Assembly: GCA_047611865.1 (NCBI GenBank)
Contig: JBLFWS010000017.1
Span: 1 to 34,179, forward strand
Reading direction: 5' to 3'
Origin: Chlamydiales bacterium
GTDB lineage: Bacteria > Chlamydiota > Chlamydiia > Chlamydiales > JBDQID01
Length of the DNA stretch: 34,179 nucleotides
The position numbers were made by a program, and so were the translations under genes. The notes beneath the pieces were generated by a model that was not told where the DNA came from, ran no database searches, and worked only from the letters and a program-made list of their open reading frames with translations. This document shows positions 9,001 to 18,691 of this stretch, piece after piece; positions within the stretch are counted from its first letter, which is position 1; each line of letters starts with the position of its first letter.

Positions 9001-12000
9001 AATCATCAAAAGCCTTCAGCCTACTTTGTTCTTCTAAACTTTTCCCTATCAGCCACAAGGATTTTGCTTTATAAGAATCTTCTCTCAATTTGACATTATG
9101 AACTTGATGCAACCTTTCCAACTGAATTTTCTGTTGATGAATAAGTTCATCAATACCTTTTAAATCTCCGACACTCAAAGAAGTTATAGTCTTGCTAAAC
9201 TCACTAGCAGTCCAAAATATCTCTTTGCTGAGGCCATTCAATTGCTCATCGTTTTCCACCATAGAACGGTGAATGCCTCCAAGACCCTCAGCTGCACCAA
9301 CAATTCCATTCCGGAGTTCTACCCTATAATCCTCGACCCTCTCCATTCTACTCGAATACTCTTCAGCCAAGCCCCTTAGCTTATCATTAATTTCGTTCTC
9401 CCTCTGGCTAAGAATGGAAATATTTCTTTCTAGCTCAAGAATCTTTGGTAAGATAACATCCACTCTTACCTGATCCCTTCTTCGAACAGCATCAAGTTTG
9501 TCGCCTTCAAGTCTTTTCTTATTTCCTAATACAGGCTGAAGCTCAGCTAGAAGTAATTTCCTTTCTTCGAAGGCTCTACGATATTCTGTTACGTTGAAGC
9601 CCATGGCCTGTTCCATCTGGAACACTTCCAGGGAATCTAGGTAATGCCCTCCAATCGCCTGTTGATTTTTTCCTTTCTTAAGGTCTTCGTTGCCAATCAA
9701 AGCCTTTAACTCTCTACTGCCTAGACTCATGGCCTTGCGGGCAAGTAAGATATTCTCCATGTAGCGACTCAAATCATTGATTTGAGCTTCAGAGAGTTCA
9801 CTCGAAATCGCAAGACGAGTCGATATTAACTTCATGTTCTCAAGTATGACGCTCTGCTCTCGATACAAGTCATCTCTGATGACCTGCTGTTTCCATATAT
9901 TGCCATACTCTTCCATCAAGTGCGTCTGGTGATCTAAATACTCTTCTAATTTCGCCAGATCTCCTTCGCGCAATGAGAATGTTGCGTACTCTCCTGCATA
10001 GGGATAAAAGGCCTCAAGTGTTGTTTGAGCAAATTTTTCCGTTTGCAACAAAGCTTGAAGGCTCGCATGAAATTTCGATATTTCTGCATTTAGGATGATG
10101 ATTTCCTGGCTATAGTTCGCTCCATCTAATATTTCTTGAGGCTGCATTAATAATAGAGAAGCCCTTCTCCGAGTTTTTTCTTCCAATAGCCCTATCTGAT
10201 CATCTCTTCCAATTATCTTCGAAATCTCTTCGCGGGTATCTTTCAAGAGTTCTTCAGTTTTCCAAATTTCCTCTTCTTGAGCAGAAATACTCTCCACAAC
10301 CGTTCTAAGAGGATCATATAATTTGTTAAAGTCTTTGACTAGCTCATGCTCTCTTTTTCTCAGCACTTTTAGATCAATTTCCAAGTTCTCACGAGCATTA
10401 CCACTAAGTAAACTCAAGTTCTTCGTTACTTCAGTGATTTGTTCTAAAACCTCTGTTTTCTCTTGGTCTAGTTGCTGAAGAATGGTGTGCTGCCCCTTCT
10501 CTTTCAGTCCATTAAGGAGAGTCATATACTGTCCTCTCAACTCTATCTGCTCTTCAATCTGACTAATTAAAGGCCCTCTCTCAGTCAGGTTACGGTCTCT
10601 TAGTTGATTTTGCCGCACCAGCATGCGAGTAAGGCGAATCTTAAATTGATCAAGCCTGTCACGGAAGGGGCTATTTAAATCTGCAAGCTGCGCATTTACA
10701 CCTTCCAAATCTCCATTAAGCTGTTTAATACGTATTTTAGCTTCTTGCTGCCTGTTCCTCGCTAGCTCTTCCTGCTTATGAAGCTGTATAATTCGGCTGA
10801 CATTCACGCCTCCTCTTTCTTCTAACTCCTTTACTTCCCCCAGAACATTTGACAAAGATGTTCTTTGTTCGTCAAATATTTTTTCATTATCATCTATAAT
10901 CTGCTTCAGATACCCTACTTTTTCTTTCAAAATCGTTTGTAAATCAAACAGTGTGGCCTCTTTCTCTCCACTAAAAATCGCATTAACTTCCTTTCGAAGC
11001 TCATTTCTCCGTCTTGGCTCTGTATCCGTACGATCTATCTCTTCCTGGCGAAGTTGAATTAACAAAGAGATCTGTGAAAGCTCCAGAGCGTTATTCAGGC
11101 GAGTACCGTCACTAAGTAGAAACTTGTTTACTATTCCTCTTGTAAAGGTCGAATCGAAAATATCTCTGTTGAGAAACATATATTCATTCGCGGTGAGGCT
11201 CGCGGTCTCACTCTTCAGTAATAGGCTCTGTCCTTTTTCAGATAACTGACTATTTTCAAAAGTAACCCTTTGATAAAAAGTTGGGTCTTTTATCAGCTCG
11301 TTAAATACTCCCATTATCTGCTGTTTAATAGGTAAAGTAAGCCAACGTATAGACTTTTCCCTTTGGATTCGCTCCTGCACACCTCTTTCCAATCTTTCCC
11401 AGACATAATCTGTTGCCAAAACCCCTGAAGCAGAATATCCTACACTAATTTCTTCCAGAAGTTCTTTCCACTCAATAATAGAATCATTAGAATGGAGAAA
11501 AGGAAAAGAGGGCAGTCCTGAAACTGTCCCAAGTACTTTTTCAATAAGTGCAGTATCACGATGCAGTCTATTGATTTCTATTTTCGTATCTGCAATCTGT
11601 TCTGCCATACCCCGGCCAAGATATGAGACATTCACCCCTCTCGGGGTGTCAAAAATACGAATAAGGTATGACCTGGCCTGCCTAAATTTCTTTTTATCAA
11701 ACGCATCCTCAGCCAAAGCTTCAAGGCAGCCTGCATATGCATCCCACAATGGCGAAATCAAATCGAGCTTTCTACCCGGTATATACCGGTATCCTATGTT
11801 GTATCCATCAACATATTGACGTCCAATTTGAAAACAACGCTCGGCAAACTTCTTTTCATTATAAAATCTGTACCACAAGCCTAGTAAGTATGCTGGGGAG
11901 ACAATCGTAAATGATTCTGTTGCCTCTGCTGCTTCTAACCTATCAGTCAAGCTCTTAATAAGTCTTTCATCGAGATATCCAGACCTTTCTTGCTCTCCTT

Positions 12001-12583
12001 TAATCTCCTCACGGAGCCAAGCTATTTGCATCAAAGGAATGCGTTCCAAAACACCATGTTCATAATATTGTAAGCGCTGACGACCCAACTGCGTTAGAGT
12101 TGTGTCATAAAATTGCCTATCCTCATGCTTATCAAAATCAAGAAACCCCTCCAGTTCCAGTCGCTGTAAGCCTTCTAGGGCAACAATAAAAGCTTCCTCT
12201 CGTTCAGGCACATGAGGCGCTTGAGGGTGTGCAGTTAAACGAAGAGGCGTGGTCCCAAGCTTTACAGCCAAAGTGACTGCATCCATAAGCTCTTGTTTTT
12301 TAACAGTGGAAGTCCTCACTGGAAAGGAGGCATCCTCCAACATTTCAACAACACGCTGAGGTTTTTTAAGATCATCCTGGAGAATATCCTCAGGAGTAAG
12401 AGTATACTGTCGGATTAAATAATACGTCAGCATCAGTGCAAACACCACAAAGGTACTTCCACCAATAAGCGCATTACGAATGGTGTGATCATCATCGTAG
12501 ACTGTAGTCCCTCGAAGCGAATCGAAGTTCTCGTCTTCTTCGACGTCCTCTACACCTTCTTGTATTTCGTCATCACTTGCCAT
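6077..12583 (-). CDS. 2168-aa membrane-anchored coiled-coil and TPR protein, function unknown
   Basis: Uninterrupted 6.5-kb ORF. Acidic N-terminus, one TM helix (ALIGGSTFVVFALMLTYYLI, ~aa38-57), long E/L/Q/K/R-rich heptad region (~aa500-1170), and TPR-like repeats (IAFELGKLYFDNQDYEGAADIF; ARINLGVIAFLKGDYHESI; ILVDLGFVRKELFNYENALGIF). Confidence 0.85.
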   Translation of the reverse strand: MASDDEIQEGVEDVEEDENFDSLRGTTVYDDDHTIRNALIGGSTFVVFALMLTYYLIRQYTLTPEDILQDDLKKPQRVVEMLEDASFPVRTSTVKKQELMDAVTLAVKLGTTPLRLTAHPQAPHVPEREEAFIVALEGLQRLELEGFLDFDKHEDRQFYDTTLTQLGRQRLQYYEHGVLERIPLMQIAWLREEIKGEQERSGYLDERLIKSLTDRLEAAEATESFTIVSPAYLLGLWYRFYNEKKFAERCFQIGRQYVDGYNIGYRYIPGRKLDLISPLWDAYAGCLEALAEDAFDKKKFRQARSYLIRIFDTPRGVNVSYLGRGMAEQIADTKIEINRLHRDTALIEKVLGTVSGLPSFPFLHSNDSIIEWKELLEEISVGYSASGVLATDYVWERLERGVQERIQREKSIRWLTLPIKQQIMGVFNELIKDPTFYQRVTFENSQLSEKGQSLLLKSETASLTANEYMFLNRDIFDSTFTRGIVNKFLLSDGTRLNNALELSQISLLIQLRQEEIDRTDTEPRRRNELRKEVNAIFSGEKEATLFDLQTILKEKVGYLKQIIDDNEKIFDEQRTSLSNVLGEVKELEERGGVNVSRIIQLHKQEELARNRQQEAKIRIKQLNGDLEGVNAQLADLNSPFRDRLDQFKIRLTRMLVRQNQLRDRNLTERGPLISQIEEQIELRGQYMTLLNGLKEKGQHTILQQLDQEKTEVLEQITEVTKNLSLLSGNARENLEIDLKVLRKREHELVKDFNKLYDPLRTVVESISAQEEEIWKTEELLKDTREEISKIIGRDDQIGLLEEKTRRRASLLLMQPQEILDGANYSQEIIILNAEISKFHASLQALLQTEKFAQTTLEAFYPYAGEYATFSLREGDLAKLEEYLDHQTHLMEEYGNIWKQQVIRDDLYREQSVILENMKLISTRLAISSELSEAQINDLSRYMENILLARKAMSLGSRELKALIGNEDLKKGKNQQAIGGHYLDSLEVFQMEQAMGFNVTEYRRAFEERKLLLAELQPVLGNKKRLEGDKLDAVRRRDQVRVDVILPKILELERNISILSQRENEINDKLRGLAEEYSSRMERVEDYRVELRNGIVGAAEGLGGIHRSMVENDEQLNGLSKEIFWTASEFSKTITSLSVGDLKGIDELIHQQKIQLERLHQVHNVKLREDSYKAKSLWLIGKSLEEQSRLKAFDDLIVSNELPPEMLEQESRVGQLIVNEFNPTFVYSEEMFGPEGELADGGNVNFDTWIDFLEETALNVFHEELPNYVITRTESGMGGGSEGNMRDNNAIIARSRFLSGEIYMKRALRFIRSSRAEVKANDQARKELDAAMRSFLSYLDFATSLSRESSSFKDILTETMFGTQEFPVKVRKPVNLVDQARINLGVIAFLKGDYHESILHDRQILTDMVKDLPGIELENSDLPVGQIDPILLEQFQYDLGVHPLYASLMAHNPHSHEVLYRLGRNYSALANEAYEEEIKNSLVGGVIEVQKDHEAIDEYTYKAMAYFSQLILTQSYSPYRRAATLQRGLLRKMVGDYENARRDLVAVLGSPYDSNGSLNHEDMTVKGDLPGELNPGYSYIAFELGKLYFDNQDYEGAADIFRRAQEGDPGNTYVLKARIAYAQALMKTSKWLIADYFLSELAEEKDRVMLEKEHYYHADILVDLGFVRKELFNYENALGIFRAVFRDYAPVELLDSEGELSLMNIRGLAILETDYRDSIRPLAMSCLHSAEIYLTQRKYTSAKSYFKKAQSLFRMIRWREDRILRELNKREFEIYRKSHILQAEWGHIKSDILDLAFSTFEGYRRLLARGLEPGQEFDPDDALARIDKVMLEAGGQRESYVELLKAVDDLYVTEQERLPETVEGDRVRNIRSWDRKIGGQQVRVYDALVRVRDFTIVNVNLSPLKFMGEILKQFTREGIEDSMINEFTLEFAKGLQLTPEDRKDMIPMNNNIDNLMEIDKATERLANFAYSLKRWIEQRMRATGIDDVFVPVSAQAEILEEVDLYRASLHSFLDDFENYGKLVEIAQKHLNRVEQFPNRIQSPITVWQIVELASMGADFREDWANSEQLHEYILRPDQDLFFAQADGSDKIRAKLAYARALFQVGRERFNEVAFIQDEVLKKLEQKKTQDKLDMARSILEELVGLEDGDGIQITARIRAKELLNELNTL

Positions 12584-12620
12584 TACTTATTCTGATAAGG
12601 GTTATTCAAAAGACAATATC

Positions 12621-13310
12621 CTACTTCATATTTCGTAACTTCTTCAGGTACTCATCAACAACAGCACTTTGTTTCTCTCTAGCTTCCTCAGGAAATAACA
12701 CCACGGCCAGCCCTGCTAATACCTCATCAGGATGACGTATCCAGCCTTGGTTCCATATCGCTATATCCTTGACCATTGCCGCTGTTTCATAATTCTTCAT
12801 CGCAATAGAGTAAAGCGTTTCCCCTTTTCGTATCAGATCAATTGTAAAGTCAGCAGTAGGAATTGCCCCCTCATCGTCTCTTTCTCGTGATTCTTTATCC
12901 ATGGGTTTACTGATCTGCCTGATAAGGGAATCATTTCTTTTCACAAGGTCTGACACTTGAGCAGCAGTCTCTATTTCAACCTTTTCAAGGTCTGCCAGTT
13001 CTTTATTTGAAAAGGCCAGCGCATCCCTATTGATTTCTAGAAGTCTTTGCATCCGGCTAGACCACTGATCAACACTTTCATACTGATGTCTTTCCCAATC
13101 CTCACTACGATAAGCATCCACATCTACCAGGATATCGTGAATTCCGGGTTCATCAAGTCGCGGTATGGTAGGAGTATGCCTCTTTTGAGCCTCCTGCTCT
13201 AAAAAAGCCCGACGAGCATAATTTGTTCCCTTCTGCTTCGGGGTACAACCTAGTAAAATAAACAAAAACATCGTTGCAGACAACACTGCAAGCATTGTGC
13301 GACTAGTCAT
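12621..13310 (-). CDS. LysM-domain lipoprotein with central coiled coil
   Basis: Signal peptide with lipobox LLGC (Cys22). C-terminal LysM-like segment IRKGETLYSIAMKNY...IAIWN...HPDEVLAGLAVVLFP. Confidence 0.8.
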   Translation of the reverse strand: MTSRTMLAVLSATMFLFILLGCTPKQKGTNYARRAFLEQEAQKRHTPTIPRLDEPGIHDILVDVDAYRSEDWERHQYESVDQWSSRMQRLLEINRDALAFSNKELADLEKVEIETAAQVSDLVKRNDSLIRQISKPMDKESRERDDEGAIPTADFTIDLIRKGETLYSIAMKNYETAAMVKDIAIWNQGWIRHPDEVLAGLAVVLFPEEAREKQSAVVDEYLKKLRNMK

Positions 13311-13550
13311 AAGACAAACCCTAAATACTACTGTTTCAGGTATTCAGAACACCCTTCATTACAAGTCGGATGATGCCAAATTTTTTTTAAAACAACAAGT
13401 CCTTAAAACTCAGCCATATTTCATTAAATAAAAAAAGAATAAATGGGGCAGATATACAGCATATCTGGCTAATTATTAATTACTTATGATTATTAAAGGT
13501 TTTTCTTGTTCATTGTCATGTAGTCTTAAAATGATATCTCCCCACCTAAA

Positions 13551-16500
13551 TCAATTACCAAAAAATTTCTCAAAAGGAAGTATTTCAGGAAATCGCGGGT
13601 CAACTTCAACCTCTTCTGCTTCAGCCGGAGTTGATTCGGAAACTTCTTTTACAGGCTCTTTGGACATTAATGCTTCCCAAGGAAGAGGCTCAGTTGTCGG
13701 ATCGGGAACTTGGGTTCTTTTCCCCCTTTCCGCAATCATTCCAAGAATTCCCCCAAAGATCGAACCAACCTCTCCTCCTTCGGATTTCGCTATCAAAGAA
13801 CCAATACTCGCCACAGCTTTTCTCGTCTCTAAGCGAGGTTTAATCAATGTCCCCTTCAGAGGAAGCTGTAAAAGATAATCTTCGTTTATATTTTTAATAC
13901 CTAATGTCTTTTTCAAAGCAATTCCTGTCAATCCTACGACCATATTTACATCATCATTCAGTATATTCACATCTCCCCAAGCGGCGATAGGAAATCTATT
14001 GTCGATCAAAGCATCCATACGCTTGCAAGTAAGAACTCCATTATTCATGCTTACATATAGAGGAGTAAACCAAACATCAAACTGCTCGGCTTTACCCAAC
14101 TTGTCCAAACGCAAGAGCTGAAGGACGCCATCCAGGGGGCCTCCTTTTTCTAATACAACTTTTCCTGGATCAAAAAAGGCATTTCCCACCACTATATCCG
14201 CCACTCGAAAAGGGCTAATCGGCAAAGAAAAACCTTCCCTTTCAAGCTCAAAACGCAACGCGTTCTCCGAACTTATAGCTGTCATCAACAAGGGATTCAG
14301 TGTTTGAGCAATAAACCTTCCCAAACCATGTGAAATTTGCACTTCCCCGTTAAGATTCTGACGCAAAAAGATCACACCTCTTTTAAGCTCACTATCAATT
14401 TCTAAGTGAACGGACTTACCTGTAAGCTCAGTCGTAAAAGTTCCTCTACTATCCTTCGAGTCAAGAATCTTTTCAAAATGTCCTTCACTAACAAACTCCC
14501 AAATCTCCTGATCAGTACCCTGCTGGTCCCATCCTCCTCTACCTTTTCCCTTAAATCTGATTTCATCAGAAAGCTTCTCTCCGTTCATTGACAGGTGAAC
14601 TTCCTCTATCGATAAGCCCTCTCGACTCTCTTGAACTTTTAGAGAAATTCCATCAGCAGAAACCTCCGCATTTATACCCACCTGTGAAATATCAAAAGAC
14701 AAATCCTCTTGAGAAAAAGCATTGGCCAACTCTACGCTTGTGTGAATCGCCCCCCCCTCCTCCGACGTAGTCAGACTTTCTCCAAAGATTTGAGCATCTA
14801 AGATGGCTGCTACTCGACCTGCTTGAAAATCAATTTCCCAAGGTAAAGCTATATCCTTCACCTCAACTCCCCCAATCAGGGGATTCGTTGGAAAAGAACA
14901 TTTAAGAAAATCTGCCTTAAGACTGCCCTCTACTTTCAAGCTTTCCATCCAATTCTTTGACATGTTCAGATCGAAAGGTTGAATTTCCACAAAGACTTTC
15001 CCCATTTCATTCAATGAAACCTTTGGACTCCCGTATTCCGAAATCACCTGATAAGCGTCAGGGTGAAAATCATACTCAAAAATAGCTGGTGCCGAGGATG
15101 AAATGACATTTCCGTCACGGATCTCTCCGCTCCATCTAAAAACAAATCTTTCAGAACTCGCTTCGCCACTTATAGCAATAACACCAGAAGTAAACCCCTT
15201 AGTCTTTTTATCCAACCAGCCGTTAAGGCGAAAAGAAAGATCCTCACCCAGCAGAAGTTCCCTCTCAGAAGAATCTTTTAAATACCCGCCCTTTGCTCCA
15301 GCCCCAAATTTCCCGGTCTCACCTTCCCAAAAAAGGTGAAATTTTGTCGCCGAAAAATTATCTGAGTCTAAAATGAAATCCATCTCGCTATGCTCAAGCC
15401 GCGATGATCCCTCAGAGCTTATCGAAATATTCTCACCAAGATAGCTTTCAAGCTTCCCTTCCGTATTACCCAACAGATCAAGCAGTTTTGTAGGAACGTC
15501 TTGTACACTCCATTTCCACCTTCCCCTTGCCTTCTCTATTTGAAAGCCTTGCTCCCCATCAAAAAAATCACTAAAATATACCTGTCCGTCAATAGTAGAG
15601 GCTTGATCCTCATACAGTGCTACAGCATGAATGGAACTTGATACTCCGTTTACTTTCTTGGGAGAGTCACTTCGAACTTCTACTTCCTTCAAATGAACAC
15701 TTACATCTTGATCTGATAGCTTACAATCTACATCAGAAAAAATAAGCCCTACATCAAAGTCCAAATCAGAAAAATTCTTTGCTGTAAGTTCCATGGGAAA
15801 CGTAAAACGTTTAAAAGTAAATTTTAATTCGGTTTCTTTCAAAAGCTGGACTGGCAGATTTATATCCGTCACGGATCTTAGTTTATCCACTAAACCGGGA
15901 CTGACAAGCAAGGTGAAGGCTCCTCCTTCAACCACGCTAAAATGATTACCAACACTATGGCCTGCCATTCGCCCCTGTAGTAATGGAGACTGGACTGACA
16001 GGTTAAGCTCCATCCCTTCTGAGTGTAGGTAAGACCTACAGGAAATATCTGCCTCTTTACCTAATATAGAACTAATTAAACCTTTGAGCTCAGGTATACG
16101 TACCTCTGTAAGCTTATCAAGAAACATCACAGGAAGCTTGGTCATGCTAAAACTAAAATCTAAAGCTACATCTTCTTGAAAAACTCCCGAAACAATCGCT
16201 CCCTTATCAAGAGAAAAGTTCCCCTCTTCATCAAAGCCATTCAAAGATACAAATGCTTGAAAGCTCCCCTGGTCTGCAGCATGTTGAGCCGTTCCGCTAA
16301 AGCGAATTTGCAAGCCCTTATCGAAACTCGGAATTGACAGACTTAGATTTAAACCCTCTACATTAACAGGCTCCACCCCCTCTTCGAAGAACACTATTGT
16401 TCCATCCAAAATGGAGACGCTCCCTAAAAAAGGAAACTGAATAGATATTACAGAATCCTGGCTCTCTCCTTTCTCTGAATCAAGGCCCTCGGAAGATGTC

Positions 16501-16934
16501 AGCAGCAATTGATTTTCTTTCTCATGTAACAACTTAAGGAACGGAGCAGAGACTTCTAAAGTACCCATATCTGGAAACTGTTTCAAAACTTCAAAAAGTG
16601 ACAAATCTAAGGATGCCTTTTCAACAAATAATATCCGTTCACCATCTTCATCTTTAAACTCAATACCGTGTATGCTAATAGGTTTATTCCAACTTAGATT
16701 TAAGTTCTCAACAATCAACTTTCCGGGAACCCACTTCTGTGCCATTCCTAGAAGTAACTTCGTTCCTCCTGAAGTTGAAAGAGCCGTAGGTAATGCCGCA
16801 AGCAAAGTTGCCAAAACGACAAACAACAGCAAAAGATAGGCTGAAAGCTTCATCAATAAACGATTCCGTCCTTTTGAAGGGTTCTTCGTTTGAGTTTCTT
16901 TAGGCTGATTGCCTGTGTCCGAACTTTCATCCAT
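13551..16934 (-). CDS. AsmA-like large envelope protein (putative bridge-type lipid transfer protein)
   Basis: N-terminal TM anchor followed by PTALST, alternating beta-strand pattern over ~1000 aa, C-terminal LPLKGTLIKPRL and glycine-rich amphipathic helices. Confidence 0.65.
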   Translation of the reverse strand: MDESSDTGNQPKETQTKNPSKGRNRLLMKLSAYLLLLFVVLATLLAALPTALSTSGGTKLLLGMAQKWVPGKLIVENLNLSWNKPISIHGIEFKDEDGERILFVEKASLDLSLFEVLKQFPDMGTLEVSAPFLKLLHEKENQLLLTSSEGLDSEKGESQDSVISIQFPFLGSVSILDGTIVFFEEGVEPVNVEGLNLSLSIPSFDKGLQIRFSGTAQHAADQGSFQAFVSLNGFDEEGNFSLDKGAIVSGVFQEDVALDFSFSMTKLPVMFLDKLTEVRIPELKGLISSILGKEADISCRSYLHSEGMELNLSVQSPLLQGRMAGHSVGNHFSVVEGGAFTLLVSPGLVDKLRSVTDINLPVQLLKETELKFTFKRFTFPMELTAKNFSDLDFDVGLIFSDVDCKLSDQDVSVHLKEVEVRSDSPKKVNGVSSSIHAVALYEDQASTIDGQVYFSDFFDGEQGFQIEKARGRWKWSVQDVPTKLLDLLGNTEGKLESYLGENISISSEGSSRLEHSEMDFILDSDNFSATKFHLFWEGETGKFGAGAKGGYLKDSSERELLLGEDLSFRLNGWLDKKTKGFTSGVIAISGEASSERFVFRWSGEIRDGNVISSSAPAIFEYDFHPDAYQVISEYGSPKVSLNEMGKVFVEIQPFDLNMSKNWMESLKVEGSLKADFLKCSFPTNPLIGGVEVKDIALPWEIDFQAGRVAAILDAQIFGESLTTSEEGGAIHTSVELANAFSQEDLSFDISQVGINAEVSADGISLKVQESREGLSIEEVHLSMNGEKLSDEIRFKGKGRGGWDQQGTDQEIWEFVSEGHFEKILDSKDSRGTFTTELTGKSVHLEIDSELKRGVIFLRQNLNGEVQISHGLGRFIAQTLNPLLMTAISSENALRFELEREGFSLPISPFRVADIVVGNAFFDPGKVVLEKGGPLDGVLQLLRLDKLGKAEQFDVWFTPLYVSMNNGVLTCKRMDALIDNRFPIAAWGDVNILNDDVNMVVGLTGIALKKTLGIKNINEDYLLQLPLKGTLIKPRLETRKAVASIGSLIAKSEGGEVGSIFGGILGMIAERGKRTQVPDPTTEPLPWEALMSKEPVKEVSESTPAEAEEVEVDPRFPEILPFEKFFGN

Positions 16935-17018
16935 TACTTACCTACCTACTGTTTTACATTGAGACATAAGATAACAGGAACCGAGAGTTAAAAAAAAATA
17001 CAATCAACCCCCTCTGTA

Positions 17019-18500
17019 TCAAGCCCCTCCTAAATGCCTGTCTTTCTTCGGCTTAAGTAATGACTTCAACACAAAAAGAAATGGGAGGCCAGTAACACCT
17101 ATGGCCATGGCAATAGCCCAACTTGGAAATCCTCCATAATTGGCCGATGCCTCCACCAAAGATTGCTCCACAAGTAGTACTGTTAAAGTAATTGGAATTA
17201 CATACTTTATAGCATAAGTCCACCAAATCCCCAGCTGAGAATTCCCCATTGCATTAAACTCAAGACGAAGTTTATTTGCTCCATAGCCCCAACCTACAGC
17301 GAGGCACTGAAGTAGCCCTAAGAAAACTAATCCAAACTCCACAACAAAGTGATCTATTACGTCTAAAAAATATAAACCTGCATTTGTTGAGTAAATGATG
17401 CCGCAACAGAACGACCAAGTACAAACAAACATGGCTATACGCGGTTTAGATAATGATGGGAACCTATCGCTGAGAGCTGTGTTTACAGATTCTATAAGGG
17501 AAAATGCGCTATCTATACCCAAAGTTAGAAGCATCAAAAAAAAGAGAACCGAAAAAAATATGGGTGCAGGCATTACAGAAAGAGCCTCGGGAAAAACTAC
17601 AAAAGCCAGACCAGGCCCAGAGGTCGCAACTTCCCTAATCGAAGTACCCGTAACAGTCGTCATATACCCCAAAATAGAAAATACAACTAAGCCCGCGAAA
17701 AGGCTAATGAAGGAATTGGAAAAAGCGATAATCAGAGCGTCTTTTTTTACATCTTGATTAGGCTTATTGTAACTGGCATAAGCAATCATCACTCCAACAG
17801 CAAGACTCAAAGTAAAAAATATTTGAGAAGCTGCTGCAAGCCAAATTTCGCTATGTACTAAGAGGGTAAAATCTGGACTTACATAATAAAGGATCCCCTT
17901 CAAAGACCCATCCAAAGTTATGCCTCTAATAAAAAGGATAATGAGGATGATAACAGGTATAGGGGCCGTTGCTCTTACCACTTTTTCGGCACTCTTGACA
18001 CCTTTCCAAACACAAAAATATATGCATACCCAAACAAATATCAATGAAAAGAAAACCAATAAGTTTAGTCCCCCAAGATGGTCAATACTTGAGCTTAGTT
18101 GCAAAACTTCTCCGAAAAAATATCCTTTTGAATCTCCAATCCACGGCAAGGGACTGCCAAAAGAGCGAATGAAATATACTAACATCCAGGCCATAACAAC
18201 AGCATAGTAAGAAACGATTATAAAACTGGTCAGAATCGACGCCACGCCAATCCCTTCAAACCTTCTGTTCATTTTCCTAAATGCTTCTACACCACCACTT
18301 TGAAACTTCTGCCCTAACATCAATTCAAGAATAAGTAGGGGAATACCTATTATAAACAAAGCTATTCCATAAGGAATGAGGAACGCACCACCTCCAAATT
18401 TATATGCAAGATAAGGAAAGCGCCAAACATTTCCCAATCCCACAGCCGAGCCAATAGCTGCAAACAAAAATACTGACCTCGAATCCCAACGATCTCTCAT
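17019..18500 (-). CDS. Sodium-dependent transporter, neurotransmitter:sodium symporter (NSS/SNF) family
   Basis: RDRW...AIGSAVGLGNVWRFPY...GGGAFLIPY signature, QIFFTLS and GPGLAF motifs, about 12 TM segments. Confidence 0.95.
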   Translation of the reverse strand: MRDRWDSRSVFLFAAIGSAVGLGNVWRFPYLAYKFGGGAFLIPYGIALFIIGIPLLILELMLGQKFQSGGVEAFRKMNRRFEGIGVASILTSFIIVSYYAVVMAWMLVYFIRSFGSPLPWIGDSKGYFFGEVLQLSSSIDHLGGLNLLVFFSLIFVWVCIYFCVWKGVKSAEKVVRATAPIPVIILIILFIRGITLDGSLKGILYYVSPDFTLLVHSEIWLAAASQIFFTLSLAVGVMIAYASYNKPNQDVKKDALIIAFSNSFISLFAGLVVFSILGYMTTVTGTSIREVATSGPGLAFVVFPEALSVMPAPIFFSVLFFLMLLTLGIDSAFSLIESVNTALSDRFPSLSKPRIAMFVCTWSFCCGIIYSTNAGLYFLDVIDHFVVEFGLVFLGLLQCLAVGWGYGANKLRLEFNAMGNSQLGIWWTYAIKYVIPITLTVLLVEQSLVEASANYGGFPSWAIAMAIGVTGLPFLFVLKSLLKPKKDRHLGGA

Positions 18501-18583
18501 TTCCTACCCCGAATGTGATGCTAAGATCCCCTTATAGGGAATATTTTATTTTACTTCCAATTAGCAAACTCTATTCCCAACCG

Positions 18584-18599
18584 TGGCACGTAAATTGCT
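18584..18599 (+). promoter_or_regulatory. Sigma54 (-24/-12) promoter
   Basis: TGGCACGTAAATTGCT is an exact match to TGGCACG-N4-TTGC(A/T). It is intergenic and correctly oriented, 92 nt upstream of sat-cysC. Confidence 0.85.
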
Positions 18600-18691
18600 T
18601 CATAGCAAACAGTGTGTCTCGTCACAATGCCGTTACCACCGAGGACTTGGCCACTCTAAATTCATAAACACTTTGTGAAGGGGAGATTATT

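Noticed and set aside
6077..12583. SMC/chromosome segregation ATPase or phage tape-measure protein
   Set aside because: No Walker A/B or hinge motifs seen, it has an N-terminal TM and TPRs, and there are no phage genes nearby.
18627..18659. Leader peptide MPLPPRTWPL upstream of sat-cysC
   Set aside because: No RBS, no run of Cys/Met codons and no terminator. A 10-codon ORF is expected by chance.
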